Source of the DNA: Candidatus Aminicenantes bacterium
Lineage (GTDB): Bacteria > Acidobacteriota > Aminicenantia > Aminicenantales > JAFGBC01
Reading direction: 5' to 3'
Assembly: GCA_963702005.1 (NCBI GenBank)
Contig: OY969696.1
Location: forward strand, 2,656,001-2,720,000
Length of the DNA: 64,000 bases
In this document: positions 45,586 to 55,678 of the stretch, piece after piece
How positions within the stretch are numbered: the stretch's first letter is position 1
Layout of the letters: every line of letters begins with the position of its first letter
The notes under the pieces: generated by a model
What the model saw: only the letters and a program-made list of their open reading frames with translations
Databases searched by the model: none
Told to the model about the DNA's origin: nothing
Program-made: the position numbers and the translations under genes

Positions 45586-46020
45586 CTAAAGAAGCTCTTC
45601 GAGAAGAACCGAGGCGGTTGCGACGTATCGGGGACAGACGGTCTGAAACAGGTTCCGGACCTTGGCCGCCTCCATGCCTTCCGGCGTCCCGATATGGACG
45701 CCGAGCAGAGCCGGGCAATCGAGGGAACCGTGGGCGGCGCGAAACCTGTCCATGAGATCGTTGACGAGGCGATAGGTCCTATCCCTGGCTTCGAGATCTT
45801 CCGGCCTGGTCCGTCCGTGCTTGAGCCCGATGGCCAGGAGCGCTCCGGCGACCGCGCCGCACAGCTCGCCCCGATGGGCGATGCCCCCGCCGAAAGGCTG
45901 GGCGATCTTAAGGGCCGCGGTCCGGGCGAGTCCCGCCTCATCGGCGAAAGCGGAAAAGACGGCTTGAGAGCAGCTGAAACCTTCCTTGAAGCAGGCGACG
46001 GCTTTTTCGGGTCGGGTCAT
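45586..46020 (-). CDS. C_GCAxxG_C_C family putative redox protein
   Basis: FSCSQAV, FGGG, LCGAVAG, DCPALL and VCPRYV cysteine pattern. Confidence 0.88.
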   Translation of the reverse strand: MTRPEKAVACFKEGFSCSQAVFSAFADEAGLARTAALKIAQPFGGGIAHRGELCGAVAGALLAIGLKHGRTRPEDLEARDRTYRLVNDLMDRFRAAHGSLDCPALLGVHIGTPEGMEAAKVRNLFQTVCPRYVATASVLLEELL

Positions 46021-46025
46021 CGTCC

Positions 46026-47708
46026 TTAAACCTCCTGATTCCGTTCGAGCATCTCCCGGGCGTTCCGGAGCGAGGTTTCGGTGATCTGGCTTCCCGAGAT
46101 GAGGCGCGCGACTTCGGCGACGCGCTCCTCGAAGTCGAGGGCCTTAATGGACGTGAAGGTCCGCTGGCGATCGATCGTCTTCTCGATCCGGAAATGATGG
46201 CGGGCGAAGGAGGCGATTTGGGGAAGATGGGTGATGCAGATGATCTGATGGGTCCGGGCCAGGTCCCTGAGCTTTTGGGCGATGGACTCGGCAGTCTTCC
46301 CTCCGATCCCGGCGTCGATCTCGTCGAAAATGAGCGTTTTGAGCCGGTCTCGCTCTTTACCGATGGATTTGAGGGCCAGCATGACCCGGGACAGCTCCCC
46401 TCCGGACGCGATGCGGCGGAGCGGCCTCAGCTCTTCGCCCGGATTGGGGGAGATGAGGAACTCGACATCTTCACAGCCGAGGTCGCGGACCTTGTCCGGG
46501 TCCGAGGCCGAGGGAGGGACGGTGACGAGGCTGATCCCGAACCGGGCTTTATTCATGCCCAACAGGGCGATCTCTTTCTCGACGAGCTTTTCGAGCGCCC
46601 CGGCCCCCCGCGCCCTCGCCCCGGACAGCTCTCGGGCCAGTGAGGAATATTCCGCGAATCCCTTTTCGATCAGCGCCTGGAGGTCCCCGAGCTTCTCCTG
46701 GCTGGCGGCCAGGCCGGCGGCTTCCCGCCTGGCCTTCTCGGCGAAGGCCAGGATCTCGGGAATGGTCGAACCGTATTTTCGCCTGAGCTTCTTGATCTTG
46801 CTGAGCCGTTCCTCAAAAAGTTCGAGTTTCTCGGGAGACAGGCTCTGCCGTCCTTGGAAGCGGATGAGGCTGTCGGCGAACTCGCGGGCCGTGATCGCGG
46901 ACTGGGCGAAAGCCTCCCGGAAAGGTTCGAGCGACGGGTCGAAAGCGGCCAATTCGGCCGTAACGGCCTCGAGCCGGGAGAGAAGCGTCGATAGGGACTC
47001 GTCCTTGGCGTAAGCCAAGTCGAGGCCCTTATCGAGGAGCTGCCCGATTTTTTCGGCGTTGCGGAGGAGGGTCCTCTGCCGAAGCAGGTCCTCATCCTCG
47101 CCGGGCTGGAGGGCGGCATCTTCGATCTCCTTGATTTGGTAGGAGAGAAAATCCAGCCGCTGAGCCCGCTCCCGCTCGCGGGATTCGAGCTCCCGCTTTT
47201 CGCGCAGGGCCGCCTTCAGGGCTTGGGCCGCCCGAAGGACCTTGTCCCGGAGCGGCAGGCCGTTGATGAAGGCGTCCAGGTAGTTGAGCTGGTTTTCGAG
47301 ATGGAGTAGAAAGACATGATCGTTCTGCCCGTAAATATCGACCAGGTCGCTTCCCATCTCCTTGAGTTTTTTGACCGGGACGAGGACGCCGTTGACGAAG
47401 ACCTTGCCCGTGCCCTGTTCGGTCATCTGGCGATGGATGACGAGCTCGCCCCCTTCCTCGGCGACGAGCGCTTCGGCGGCGGCCGGCGGCCGGTCGGGGA
47501 TCCGGAAGACGCTTTCGACCGAAGCCTCTTTTTTGCCGGTCCGGATGAGGTCGGCGGCGGCTTTCTCGCCGCAGAGGAGCCGGATGCTGTCGATGATGAT
47601 CGATTTACCGGCGCCCGTCTCTCCGGTCAGGATCGTGAATCCGTCGGCGAATGAGGTTTCGAGCTCCTCGATCGTCGCCAGATTTTTAATCTTCAGGTAG
47701 CTGATCAT
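46026..47708 (-). CDS. recN: DNA repair protein RecN
   Basis: GETGAGKS, ASGGELSR, IFDEIDAGIGG and THLPQIA motifs. Confidence 0.96.
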   Translation of the reverse strand: MISYLKIKNLATIEELETSFADGFTILTGETGAGKSIIIDSIRLLCGEKAAADLIRTGKKEASVESVFRIPDRPPAAAEALVAEEGGELVIHRQMTEQGTGKVFVNGVLVPVKKLKEMGSDLVDIYGQNDHVFLLHLENQLNYLDAFINGLPLRDKVLRAAQALKAALREKRELESRERERAQRLDFLSYQIKEIEDAALQPGEDEDLLRQRTLLRNAEKIGQLLDKGLDLAYAKDESLSTLLSRLEAVTAELAAFDPSLEPFREAFAQSAITAREFADSLIRFQGRQSLSPEKLELFEERLSKIKKLRRKYGSTIPEILAFAEKARREAAGLAASQEKLGDLQALIEKGFAEYSSLARELSGARARGAGALEKLVEKEIALLGMNKARFGISLVTVPPSASDPDKVRDLGCEDVEFLISPNPGEELRPLRRIASGGELSRVMLALKSIGKERDRLKTLIFDEIDAGIGGKTAESIAQKLRDLARTHQIICITHLPQIASFARHHFRIEKTIDRQRTFTSIKALDFEERVAEVARLISGSQITETSLRNAREMLERNQEV

Positions 47709-47710
47709 GG

Positions 47711-49094
47711 TCAGGGGAGCGGCGCGGGCGGTTTGATCCTAAGCGGGACGATGGCCTTTTCCATATTGAGACGCCCGGCGCCGATGGTGGCGTCCGTTCC
47801 GGGAAAAAGGCCCGCGTTGACGTCGTCGGCCGAGAGCCGGATGATCTCCATGACTTCGGACGGTTTCAGCCAAGGTTTGACGGCGCGGAGGAGGGCCGCC
47901 AGGCCGGCGACATGGGGGGAGGCCAGGGAAGTCCCCGACGCGTAGGCGTAGGGCAGGTAGCCCGGCCCCCAGAACCAAGTCGGAACCGAGCTTATGATGC
48001 GGTCGCCGGGAGCGGCCACGTCGACTTCAGGACCGGAGTTCGACCACTCGGGCCTCAAGTCATTGTAGTCCGTGGCGGCTACGGCCAGAACAATATTCAT
48101 CATAGGCGGCCGGGAAGAAGACGGGACCGCCCCCGTTCCCGGCAGCCGCGACGATGACGACGTTCTTTTCATAGGCGTACTTCAGGGCTTCTTTGAGGGT
48201 CTCGGACGGACTTTCTCCTCCCAAGCTCAGGTTGATGACCTGGGCGCCGGAGTCGGCGGCCCAGATGATCCCGGCGGCAACGTCGGCAGCCGTTCCAAGG
48301 CCCTTCTCATCCAGGACCTTTACGGGCAGGATGGGGGATGCCCAGGCGACGCCGGCGATCCCCAGGCCATTTTGGGACGAGGCTGCGGCGATGCCCGCCA
48401 CCATCGTCCCATGGCCCTGGTCGTCCGAAGCGTCATCGTCGCTATTGACGAAATCGCGGCCGGCCGACGTGACTTTGGCCTTCAGGTCGGGATGAGACAT
48501 GTCCACGCCCGTGTCGAGGATTGCAATAAGGACATCGGCCGAACCCTGGGTCTCCTCCCAGGCCGCGGTGGCCTTGATGTCCGCGCGCCTCGTCCCCTGA
48601 GGGCTCCCGGGCGGGCCGATTTCCTGGCTCGAGTTGAAGAGCGCATATTGATAGCGGAACAGGGGATCGTTGGGTGTGGTGACCATCCAGACCGTCGCGT
48701 TGGACTCGGCGAAAAGGACATCGGGATTTCGACGGAGCGCGGCGGCCATTATGTCGGGATTTTCGTCCGAAGGAATTGCGGCCCTGGTAACGCCGATGGC
48801 CGGGATCTTAGCCAGCGGCCGCGAATGATAAGAGGCGAGCAGCGTCCGAACCCGCTCATCACCGAGCGAAGGCTTGAACTTGACCAATACCTGGCCGGTA
48901 ACGCGGGCGTCCGAGGGCCTGGCCTGAAACGGCTGGCCGCCCGGAAAGGGACGCAGTTTGGGGATCCATTCCTTCCGGTTTCTCGGCCCGTCGCGGTGGT
49001 CTTGGTGCCGGTCGAAGCCGGAAGACCAGACGGCGCCGGCGAGGACAAGAGCGAAGGCCGCCCATCGTTTGACCGCTTGTTCCCGCATAGCCAT
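47711..49094 (-). pseudogene. S8 subtilisin/thermitase-like serine protease interrupted by a +1 frameshift (possible sequencing error)
   Basis: LDTG, GHGTMVAG and AAGN lie in the 48060-49094 frame; GTSLASPHVAG lies in the 47711-48172 frame. Removing one base at 48089-48090 restores PAAYDEYCLAVAATD. Confidence 0.85.
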
Positions 49095-49108
49095 TCCGCT
49101 CCTTGCGC

Positions 49109-49882
49109 TCAGAACGTCGCCAGGGCCTTGAAGCGCGCCCCGAGATCGATATGCGTCCGGGAAGGCAGGAGATCGACCTCTGCGGCGAAACTCAGGCTGG
49201 AGAGGGGCCCGATCCGGAGGCCGGCGACGGCGCCGAAGCGTTCTCTGGCCGCCACCTTTTTCGTCTCCGAGCCTCCCAGCCGCGAAAGCGTCTCTTCCAT
49301 CCTCAATTGACCCCAGAGATTATTATAATAAACGATGATATAAGGAACGAAGGGGGCCCAAGCTCTATAGCGGATAAAAGGCCCGGCGGCGGCGGACATC
49401 CAGCGCGGCTCGGCCCGGACCGTCCCTTGATCATTGAGCCCTTCGATCTCCTTGCTTTTTTCCCGTCCCCAAAAGACGACGAAGCGAACCTCGGCGCCGA
49501 TCTCAAAATCGCCCGGACTAAGGAGCGTCTTTGTCATGCCGGCGCCCAAGAGCGTCCCGGTCATCCCGCCCGCCTGCCATTCCAGGGAGAAGGGGAGTTT
49601 CCTGAAAACGATTCCGTCCAGGCTCGATGATGCATAGCCGGCGACGGCCGAAACGATCAGCCCTTGCTCGACGACATATTCGGCTTGAAAGGTCGCGGCC
49701 AGGAGTCCGATCTGGGAAGCGCGTGCCGCGCCGTCCCATTGGATCGTCCGCAGGAAATACTCGGCCCCGGGCCCGAACGACCAACGCCCCGGTCCGGACG
49801 GGGCCGACGATGGGCTCGGGCTGGCTGCGGCGGCCAGGCTTAGGACGACCGCGATCGCGAACGTTTTCCGGATCCAAACCAT
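49109..49882 (-). CDS. hypothetical outer-membrane beta-barrel protein
   Basis: Start MVWIRK with signal peptide; alternating hydrophobic strands; C-terminal Phe. Confidence 0.6.
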   Translation of the reverse strand: MVWIRKTFAIAVVLSLAAAASPSPSSAPSGPGRWSFGPGAEYFLRTIQWDGAARASQIGLLAATFQAEYVVEQGLIVSAVAGYASSSLDGIVFRKLPFSLEWQAGGMTGTLLGAGMTKTLLSPGDFEIGAEVRFVVFWGREKSKEIEGLNDQGTVRAEPRWMSAAAGPFIRYRAWAPFVPYIIVYYNNLWGQLRMEETLSRLGGSETKKVAARERFGAVAGLRIGPLSSLSFAAEVDLLPSRTHIDLGARFKALATF

Positions 49883-49907
49883 CGGGCCTTCCGCTCCCGC
49901 GCCGACT

Positions 49908-50717
49908 CTATTTCTTGTTCTTGGGCGCGGCTTTTTTGGCCGCCTCGAGAATCTTGAGACTTTCCTGGGCCTTCTTGACAAACTTGCTTTTAGGGTAGTC
50001 GCTGACAACCTTGATGAAATAGGCTTGACACTGATCGGTCTTGCCCCACTTCAGGTAAGAATCGCCCAGGTAGAAAAAGACCTCGTCCATCCGGGAGTAA
50101 GCCGGGTAGGTCTGCAGGATTTCGTTCAGGCGCGAAACGGAGGCCGAGAAGGCCCAGACGTGGTGGTAGTGGACGGCGATGCTGAGCGAATGCTCGGCCA
50201 GCCGCTCTTCGCAATCCTTGATCTTGTCCTGAGCCTGCCGGGCCTCATCGCTGGTGGGGTAGGCCGAAAGGACGCGTTTGAACTCGGCCAGAGCCTGGAT
50301 CGTCTTGGTTTGATCCCGGCCCGGCTTGAGGACCTTCGTGTAGAAGGACATTGCGATGTGGAATTGAGCGTAGGGCGCCGAGGGGCTATAAGGGAAGAGG
50401 GAAATGAATTCCCGGTACTCGGCCGCGGCCAGGATCATGCTTCCCTCGTCGCCCTTGTCAAAGTAAGAATCGGCGATGAGGAGCTTGGCCCTTTGGGCAT
50501 AGAACCCCTTGGGAAAGGACTCGATGACTTGTCGCAGGTACAGCCGGCCCTTTTCCGCGTCCTTTTTAATGGCCTGTTCGCCCATTTTAAACAGGGTTTC
50601 CTCGGAGCTCCCCTGCTCGGGCGTGAGGGCGGTCTTTTTGGCTTTGCAGCCGGTCGAGGTCAGCGCCGCGGCACAAATCGCGATGCCGATCAAGATGACG
50701 AGCGTTCGTTTTGCCAT
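49908..50717 (-). CDS. bamD: outer membrane protein assembly factor BamD
   Basis: Start MAKRTL; lipobox STGC; YREFISLFPYS, RDQTKT and LAEHSL TPR motifs. Confidence 0.9.
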   Translation of the reverse strand: MAKRTLVILIGIAICAAALTSTGCKAKKTALTPEQGSSEETLFKMGEQAIKKDAEKGRLYLRQVIESFPKGFYAQRAKLLIADSYFDKGDEGSMILAAAEYREFISLFPYSPSAPYAQFHIAMSFYTKVLKPGRDQTKTIQALAEFKRVLSAYPTSDEARQAQDKIKDCEERLAEHSLSIAVHYHHVWAFSASVSRLNEILQTYPAYSRMDEVFFYLGDSYLKWGKTDQCQAYFIKVVSDYPKSKFVKKAQESLKILEAAKKAAPKNKK

Positions 50718-50751
50718 AGATGTATGTCCTCTCGACGTGATAGCGGCGTCC

Positions 50752-51711
50752 TTAATGACCGTAGAGAGCACGGATCCATTCCCATTCCCGGGCCAACCCC
50801 TCCCGGAGGTCCATGCGCGGCACGAAGCCAAGGTCGGCCTGGGCCTTTCGGATGTCGGCAAAAGTATGGGGGACATCGCCCTTCTGGCGTTCGACCCACT
50901 GAAGGCGGGGCTCGTTCCCCGTGATCTCCCGGAAAAGGGGGAGGATGTCCTTGAGCTTCTCGCGGTGGCCGCCCCCGACGTTGTAAACCTCGCCGGCCTT
51001 GTCCAGGTCGAGGCAAGCCAGGTTGGCGGCCACGATATCATCCACATAGGTGAAATCCCGGGTCTGGTTTCCGTCGCCGTAGATCGGGAGCTCCTTGCCC
51101 TCGGCCATGGCCTTGAAGAACTTGTGGAAGGCCATGTCCGGGCGCTGCCCCGGCCCGTAGACCGTGAAGAAACGGAGGGCGACGGTCGGGACGCCGTAAT
51201 TCTTGTAATAGAGGAAGCAGAGCTGTTCGGCCGAGAGCTTAGTGACTCCGTAGGGAGAGAGGGGATAGCAGGGGCTCGTTTCGGAGGCCGGAAGATCGGG
51301 GGATAGCCCGTAGACGGAGGAGGAGGAGGCGTAGACGAATTTGCGGAGGGCGGACCGTCCCTTGGCCGCCTCGAGCAGGCCCTGGCTGGCCTGAATATTG
51401 TTCCGGAGATAAATCGAGAAGCTCTGTCCCCAACTGGTCCGGACGCCGGCCTGGGCCGCCAGGTGAAAGACGACCTGGGTCCGGCCCAGGAGATCAGCAA
51501 GATTCAAATCGTTGAGGTCGGCCTCGATGAATTCGAACCCGGGATGGGCGAGGAGCTCCTTCACGTTTCGTTCCTTGATCCAGCGCGGGTAGAAGTCCAG
51601 GAAGGCGTCGACGCCGATCACGGAATGGCCGGCTTTGCAAAGCTCGAGGGAGAGCCGCGACCCGATGAAGCCGGCGGCGCCGGTCACGAGGCAGGTTTCG
51701 CCGCGGCTCAT
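50752..51711 (-). CDS. NAD-dependent nucleotide-sugar epimerase/dehydratase (UDP-glucuronate epimerase-like)
   Basis: TGAAGFIG, HLAAQAGVR, SSSSVYG, YGVTK and RFFTVYGPGQRPDMA motifs. Confidence 0.92.
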   Translation of the reverse strand: MSRGETCLVTGAAGFIGSRLSLELCKAGHSVIGVDAFLDFYPRWIKERNVKELLAHPGFEFIEADLNDLNLADLLGRTQVVFHLAAQAGVRTSWGQSFSIYLRNNIQASQGLLEAAKGRSALRKFVYASSSSVYGLSPDLPASETSPCYPLSPYGVTKLSAEQLCFLYYKNYGVPTVALRFFTVYGPGQRPDMAFHKFFKAMAEGKELPIYGDGNQTRDFTYVDDIVAANLACLDLDKAGEVYNVGGGHREKLKDILPLFREITGNEPRLQWVERQKGDVPHTFADIRKAQADLGFVPRMDLREGLAREWEWIRALYGH

Positions 51712-52364
51712 GGATTGGCCGCCTCGCGCATCCGCTTGATCATGGCGATCGGATCGGGCGATCCGAAGATCGAACAGCCGGCGACCAGGATATCGACGCC
51801 GTCCTTGGCCAAGGCGGCCGCATTGCCCAGGTTGACGCCCCCGTCGACTTCGACCTGGATATCGAGCTTCAGGCTTCGGATCCATTCCTTGAGACGCCGG
51901 ATCCTGTGATGGGTGGCCGGGATGAACGACTGGCCGCCGAACCCGGGGTTGACGGACATCAGGAGGACGTAATCGAGCTCGGGCAGGATTTCCTCCATGA
52001 GGGACAGGGGCGTCGCCGGATTCAGGACCAGGCCGGCTCTCCTCCCCAGGTCTTTGATGAGGACAATCTCCCGTTGGAGATGGGAGGCCGCTTCGAGATG
52101 GATCGAGATCCAGTCCGCGCCCGCCTCGCTGAAGAGGGGGACGAAAAAGGCGGGATTGCGGACCATGAGGTGGACGTCGATCGGGAGCGTCGTTCGTTTG
52201 CGGACGGCCGCGACGATCTCGGGGCCGAAAGAAAGGTTGGGGACGAAGTGGCCGTCCATGATGTCGACGTGGATGAGGTCGGCCCCGGCCGCCGCCGCTT
52301 GCTCGACGGCCCGTTCGATGAAGGCGGCGTCCGCCGCCAGGATGGAGGGGGCGATTCGAACCAT
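51708..52364 (-). CDS. rpe: ribulose-phosphate 3-epimerase
   Basis: APSIL, HVDIMDGHFVPN, MSVNPGFGGQ and VDGG motifs. Confidence 0.97.
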   Translation of the reverse strand: MVRIAPSILAADAAFIERAVEQAAAAGADLIHVDIMDGHFVPNLSFGPEIVAAVRKRTTLPIDVHLMVRNPAFFVPLFSEAGADWISIHLEAASHLQREIVLIKDLGRRAGLVLNPATPLSLMEEILPELDYVLLMSVNPGFGGQSFIPATHHRIRRLKEWIRSLKLDIQVEVDGGVNLGNAAALAKDGVDILVAGCSIFGSPDPIAMIKRMREAANP

Positions 52365-52365
52365 G

Positions 52366-53082
52366 TTACTTGCTGACCTCCAGGGAGATGAGGTTCCTGC
52401 GCTGGATGCGAAAGCCGGGCGGAGGCATTTGGTTGACGATGATCCCCGGCTCCCAGCCCGGATAAGAGACGTAGCGGATATCGGAAACTTTGAAGTCCAT
52501 GCTCTTCAGTCGCTCGACCACGGAGGCGGCCTTTTTATAGATCAGGTCGGGCATCAGGAATTTCAATTCGCGCTCGCCCTGGCTGACCAAAAGTCCGACG
52601 GCCGTGTTATGCGGAACCTCGGTCAAGGCGGCCGGCTGCTGGGCCAGGATCCGACCGGCCGGAAAAAGGGAGGTGTGGATCTGGGTCATCCGGCCCCTGA
52701 CGAGCCCGGTCTCCTTGAGGATATCGACCGAGGCCTCGATGCTCCGCCCCTCGAGCTTGGGGACGAGGACGATCTCGCTGCCGGCGCTGAGGAGGACCCG
52801 GACCACTTGATGGACGCGGATCCGAGAGCCGGCCGAAGGCTCCTGGAAGATGACTTGGCCCCGCGCGTAGTCCCCGCTGGTCCGGACGCCGGACACGGAC
52901 AGCATCAATCCTTTCTTGGCGGCCTCGGCCCGGGCCGCTTCGATCGGGGTCCCGGTCCAATTGGGGAGCGTGACCATGTCCTGGCGGAGGATGATTTGGG
53001 AGGCGATGTTGGCGCCGAGGAAAAAAAGGTTGAGGGCGACGAGACAAACGATGACGGCCGTTAGAATTTTTGCTCGGGCCAT
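52366..53082 (-). CDS. membrane-anchored protein with three PASTA domains
   Basis: One TM helix; repeats LPNWTG/VPKLEG/MPDLIY with GQVIFQEP/GRILAQQP/GIIVNQMP; no kinase domain. Confidence 0.88.
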   Translation of the reverse strand: MARAKILTAVIVCLVALNLFFLGANIASQIILRQDMVTLPNWTGTPIEAARAEAAKKGLMLSVSGVRTSGDYARGQVIFQEPSAGSRIRVHQVVRVLLSAGSEIVLVPKLEGRSIEASVDILKETGLVRGRMTQIHTSLFPAGRILAQQPAALTEVPHNTAVGLLVSQGERELKFLMPDLIYKKAASVVERLKSMDFKVSDIRYVSYPGWEPGIIVNQMPPPGFRIQRRNLISLEVSK

Positions 53083-53161
53083 GATCTGTTCACGATCTGC
53101 GGACTACGTGTCATTTTTACCACAGAACCTAAACCAAGTAAACAGCCAAAACGTTCCCGCA

Positions 53162-53190
53162 TTGATGGGCGGAGCCGCTTGCTTTATAAT
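53162..53190 (+). promoter_or_regulatory. sigma-70-type promoter for ltaE
   Basis: TTGATG-17 nt-TATAAT. Confidence 0.6.
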
Positions 53191-53214
53191 GAAGGCCTTC
53201 GAAGGAGCGCCCCC

Positions 53215-54249
53215 ATGAATCGCATCTCCGATTTCCGAAGCGACACCGTCACCCGGCCGACCGAGGCCATGCGGCGCGCCATGGCCGAGGCCTTGGTCGG
53301 AGACGACGTCCTGGGCGACGACCCGACCGTCCAAGAGCTCGAGGCGACGGCGGCGGCCGTCATGGGCAAGGAGGCGGCCCTCTATGTCCCGTCCGGGACG
53401 ATGGGCAACTCGATCGCCGTCAAAACCTGGACCCGCGAGCTCGAGGAAGTCATCGTCGAGGAGAAGGCCCACATCTACAACATGGAATCGACGCACATGA
53501 CCTTCATCTCGAGGGTGACGCCCCGCCCCCTCCGCTCGAACCGAGGGGCGATGGACCCCGACGACGTCCGGCGCAACATCCGCCAGGCTTCGGACCACAC
53601 GCCCCGGACTTCGCTCATCTGCCTCGAGAATACGCATAACAACTGGGGGGGCGCCGTCGTTCCCGTCGAAAACATGAAGGCCATCCGCAAGGTCGCCTTA
53701 GAACACGGCGTCAAGGTCCACATCGACGGCGCTCGGATCTTTAACGCCAGCCGGGCGTCGGGCGTCCCGGTCCGGGAGTACGCGTCGCTTTGCGATTCGA
53801 TCCAATTCTGCCTGTCTAAAGGCCTGTCGGCCCCGATCGGGTCCGTCCTGGTCTCGGACCGCGAAACCATCGTCCTGGCCCGGCGCCTGCGCAAGGCTTT
53901 GGGAGGTGGGATGCGCCAGGTGGGGGTCATCGCCGCCCCCGGCCTCATCGCGCTCACCCAAATGGTTGACAGGCTGGGCGAAGACCATGCCCGAGCCAAG
54001 CGTCTGGCCGACGCCGTCGCCGGACTTCCCGGCATCCGTCTGGATCCGGCCCTGGTCGAGACGAACATCATTCTATTCGAGTTCAAGCATCCCAAGCTGA
54101 CCCTCGCCCAATTCCTGGCAGGGCTCGAGCGGCGCGGCATCCTCGCCCTGGCCGTTTTTGGCGGGATCCGCTTCGTGACACACAAAGACGTGGACGACAA
54201 GGACGTGGAACGGGCGATCGCGGCCTTCCGTGAGATCTTGAAGAACTGA
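53215..54249 (+). CDS. ltaE: low-specificity L-threonine aldolase
   Basis: DFRSDTVT, PSGTMGN, ENTHN, HIDGARIFNA and CLSKGLSAP (PLP Lys) motifs. Confidence 0.93.
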   Translation: MNRISDFRSDTVTRPTEAMRRAMAEALVGDDVLGDDPTVQELEATAAAVMGKEAALYVPSGTMGNSIAVKTWTRELEEVIVEEKAHIYNMESTHMTFISRVTPRPLRSNRGAMDPDDVRRNIRQASDHTPRTSLICLENTHNNWGGAVVPVENMKAIRKVALEHGVKVHIDGARIFNASRASGVPVREYASLCDSIQFCLSKGLSAPIGSVLVSDRETIVLARRLRKALGGGMRQVGVIAAPGLIALTQMVDRLGEDHARAKRLADAVAGLPGIRLDPALVETNIILFEFKHPKLTLAQFLAGLERRGILALAVFGGIRFVTHKDVDDKDVERAIAAFREILKN

Positions 54250-54277
54250 GCGGGCCGGCTCTGCGAAAAAAACCGCC

Positions 54278-55678
54278 ATGAACGAAAGGGCCCGATCAAG
54301 CCTCCTCTCCGTCCTCGAAGAACGCTATCGCGAGCGGACGAGGAAGAGTCTCGCCATCCACGAGCGCGCCCGCAAAGTCATGGTCCGGGGCGGAAGCCAT
54401 ACCCTCCGTCTCTGGCATCCTTTTCCGCTGAGCATGAGCCGCGCCCGCGGGCCCCTCATCTGGGACGCCGACGGCAACGCCTACATCGATTATTGGCAGG
54501 GCCACTACGCCAACATCCTCGGACACAACCCGGCCCTCATCAACGATGCCCTGCGGGCCGTTCACGAACGGGGCTCCCTCCACACCGGCTTCGAAGAGAC
54601 GACTCAGATCGAGCTGGCCGAGCTCATCATCCGGCAGCTCGGCGACCCCGACAGCCGGGTCCGGTTCACCACATCGGGGACGCTGGCGACGATGTACGCC
54701 GTCATGGTCGCTGAAGCCTACACGGGCCGGGACCTGGTCCTCAAGGTCGGGGGCGGCTGGCACGGAGCCTCGCCCTGCCTTCTCAAGGGAGTCAGCTACG
54801 ACAAGGACGAAGGGTTCGACCACGCCGACTCGGCGGGCGTTCCCCGCGACCTCACCCGGAAAACGCTCATCACCCGTTTCGACGACCTCGACGACCTGGG
54901 GAGGATTTTGAAGTCCAAGGGCGATCGGATCGCCTGCTTCATCCTCGAACCGTTCCTGGGCGCCGGCGGTTTCCTGCCGACATCCAAGGCCTATCTCGAA
55001 GAGGCCCGGCGTCTGACCGAGCGCCGCGGCATCGTTCTCATCTTCGACGAGATCGTCTCCGGATTCCGGTTCTGTCCATCGGGAGTCCAGACCCTCTACG
55101 GCGTAAGGCCGGATTTGTCCGCGTTCGGGAAGCTCATCGGCGGCGGTCATGCCGTGGCGGCCGTCGCTGGACGCGAGGAGATCATGAGCGTCTGCGAGCA
55201 GCCGTCCGCGGGAGGGCGACGGGCTTTCTTCGAAGGCGGGACATTCTCGGCTCACGCAGAATACATGGCGGCCGGGCTGGCCATGCTCAAGCATCTTATC
55301 GCCCAAGCCGGCGAGATCTTTCCTCATCTGGCGCGTCTGGGCGACCGATTGAGGCGCGGGATCGAGGCGGCCTTCGGCCAATCTGAGATTACGGCCATCT
55401 GCACGGGCGACGGCAACGAGGTTGTCCCCGGAAGCTCGCTGTTTTTCATCCACTTTCCCGGCAAAAAGGGCGCGCGACGCAATCCCGAAGACCTTCTCAA
55501 CCGGGCGATCTCGGACCTCGACCTCAGGGAGAGAATCCTCAAGCTGGCCCTTCTCAACGAAGGCGTCCACGTCATGCACGGAGGGGGGGCCGTTTCGACG
55601 GCTCACGGGGACGAGGATATCCAAAAGACGATCGACGCCTGCGCCGAGGTCGGCCGCCTGTTCAAGAAATACCTTTAG
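54278..55678 (+). CDS. class III aminotransferase (HemL-like fold, substrate unknown)
   Basis: WDADGNAYIDY, SGT, WHG, FDEIVSGFR, FGKLIGGG and GTFS motifs. Confidence 0.85.
   Translation: MNERARSSLLSVLEERYRERTRKSLAIHERARKVMVRGGSHTLRLWHPFPLSMSRARGPLIWDADGNAYIDYWQGHYANILGHNPALINDALRAVHERGSLHTGFEETTQIELAELIIRQLGDPDSRVRFTTSGTLATMYAVMVAEAYTGRDLVLKVGGGWHGASPCLLKGVSYDKDEGFDHADSAGVPRDLTRKTLITRFDDLDDLGRILKSKGDRIACFILEPFLGAGGFLPTSKAYLEEARRLTERRGIVLIFDEIVSGFRFCPSGVQTLYGVRPDLSAFGKLIGGGHAVAAVAGREEIMSVCEQPSAGGRRAFFEGGTFSAHAEYMAAGLAMLKHLIAQAGEIFPHLARLGDRLRRGIEAAFGQSEITAICTGDGNEVVPGSSLFFIHFPGKKGARRNPEDLLNRAISDLDLRERILKLALLNEGVHVMHGGGAVSTAHGDEDIQKTIDACAEVGRLFKKYL

Noticed and set aside
52366-53082. PASTA-only protein as a broken Ser/Thr kinase
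   Set aside because: It has a clean start and TM anchor with no kinase remnant upstream; PASTA-only genes next to rpe are a known arrangement.
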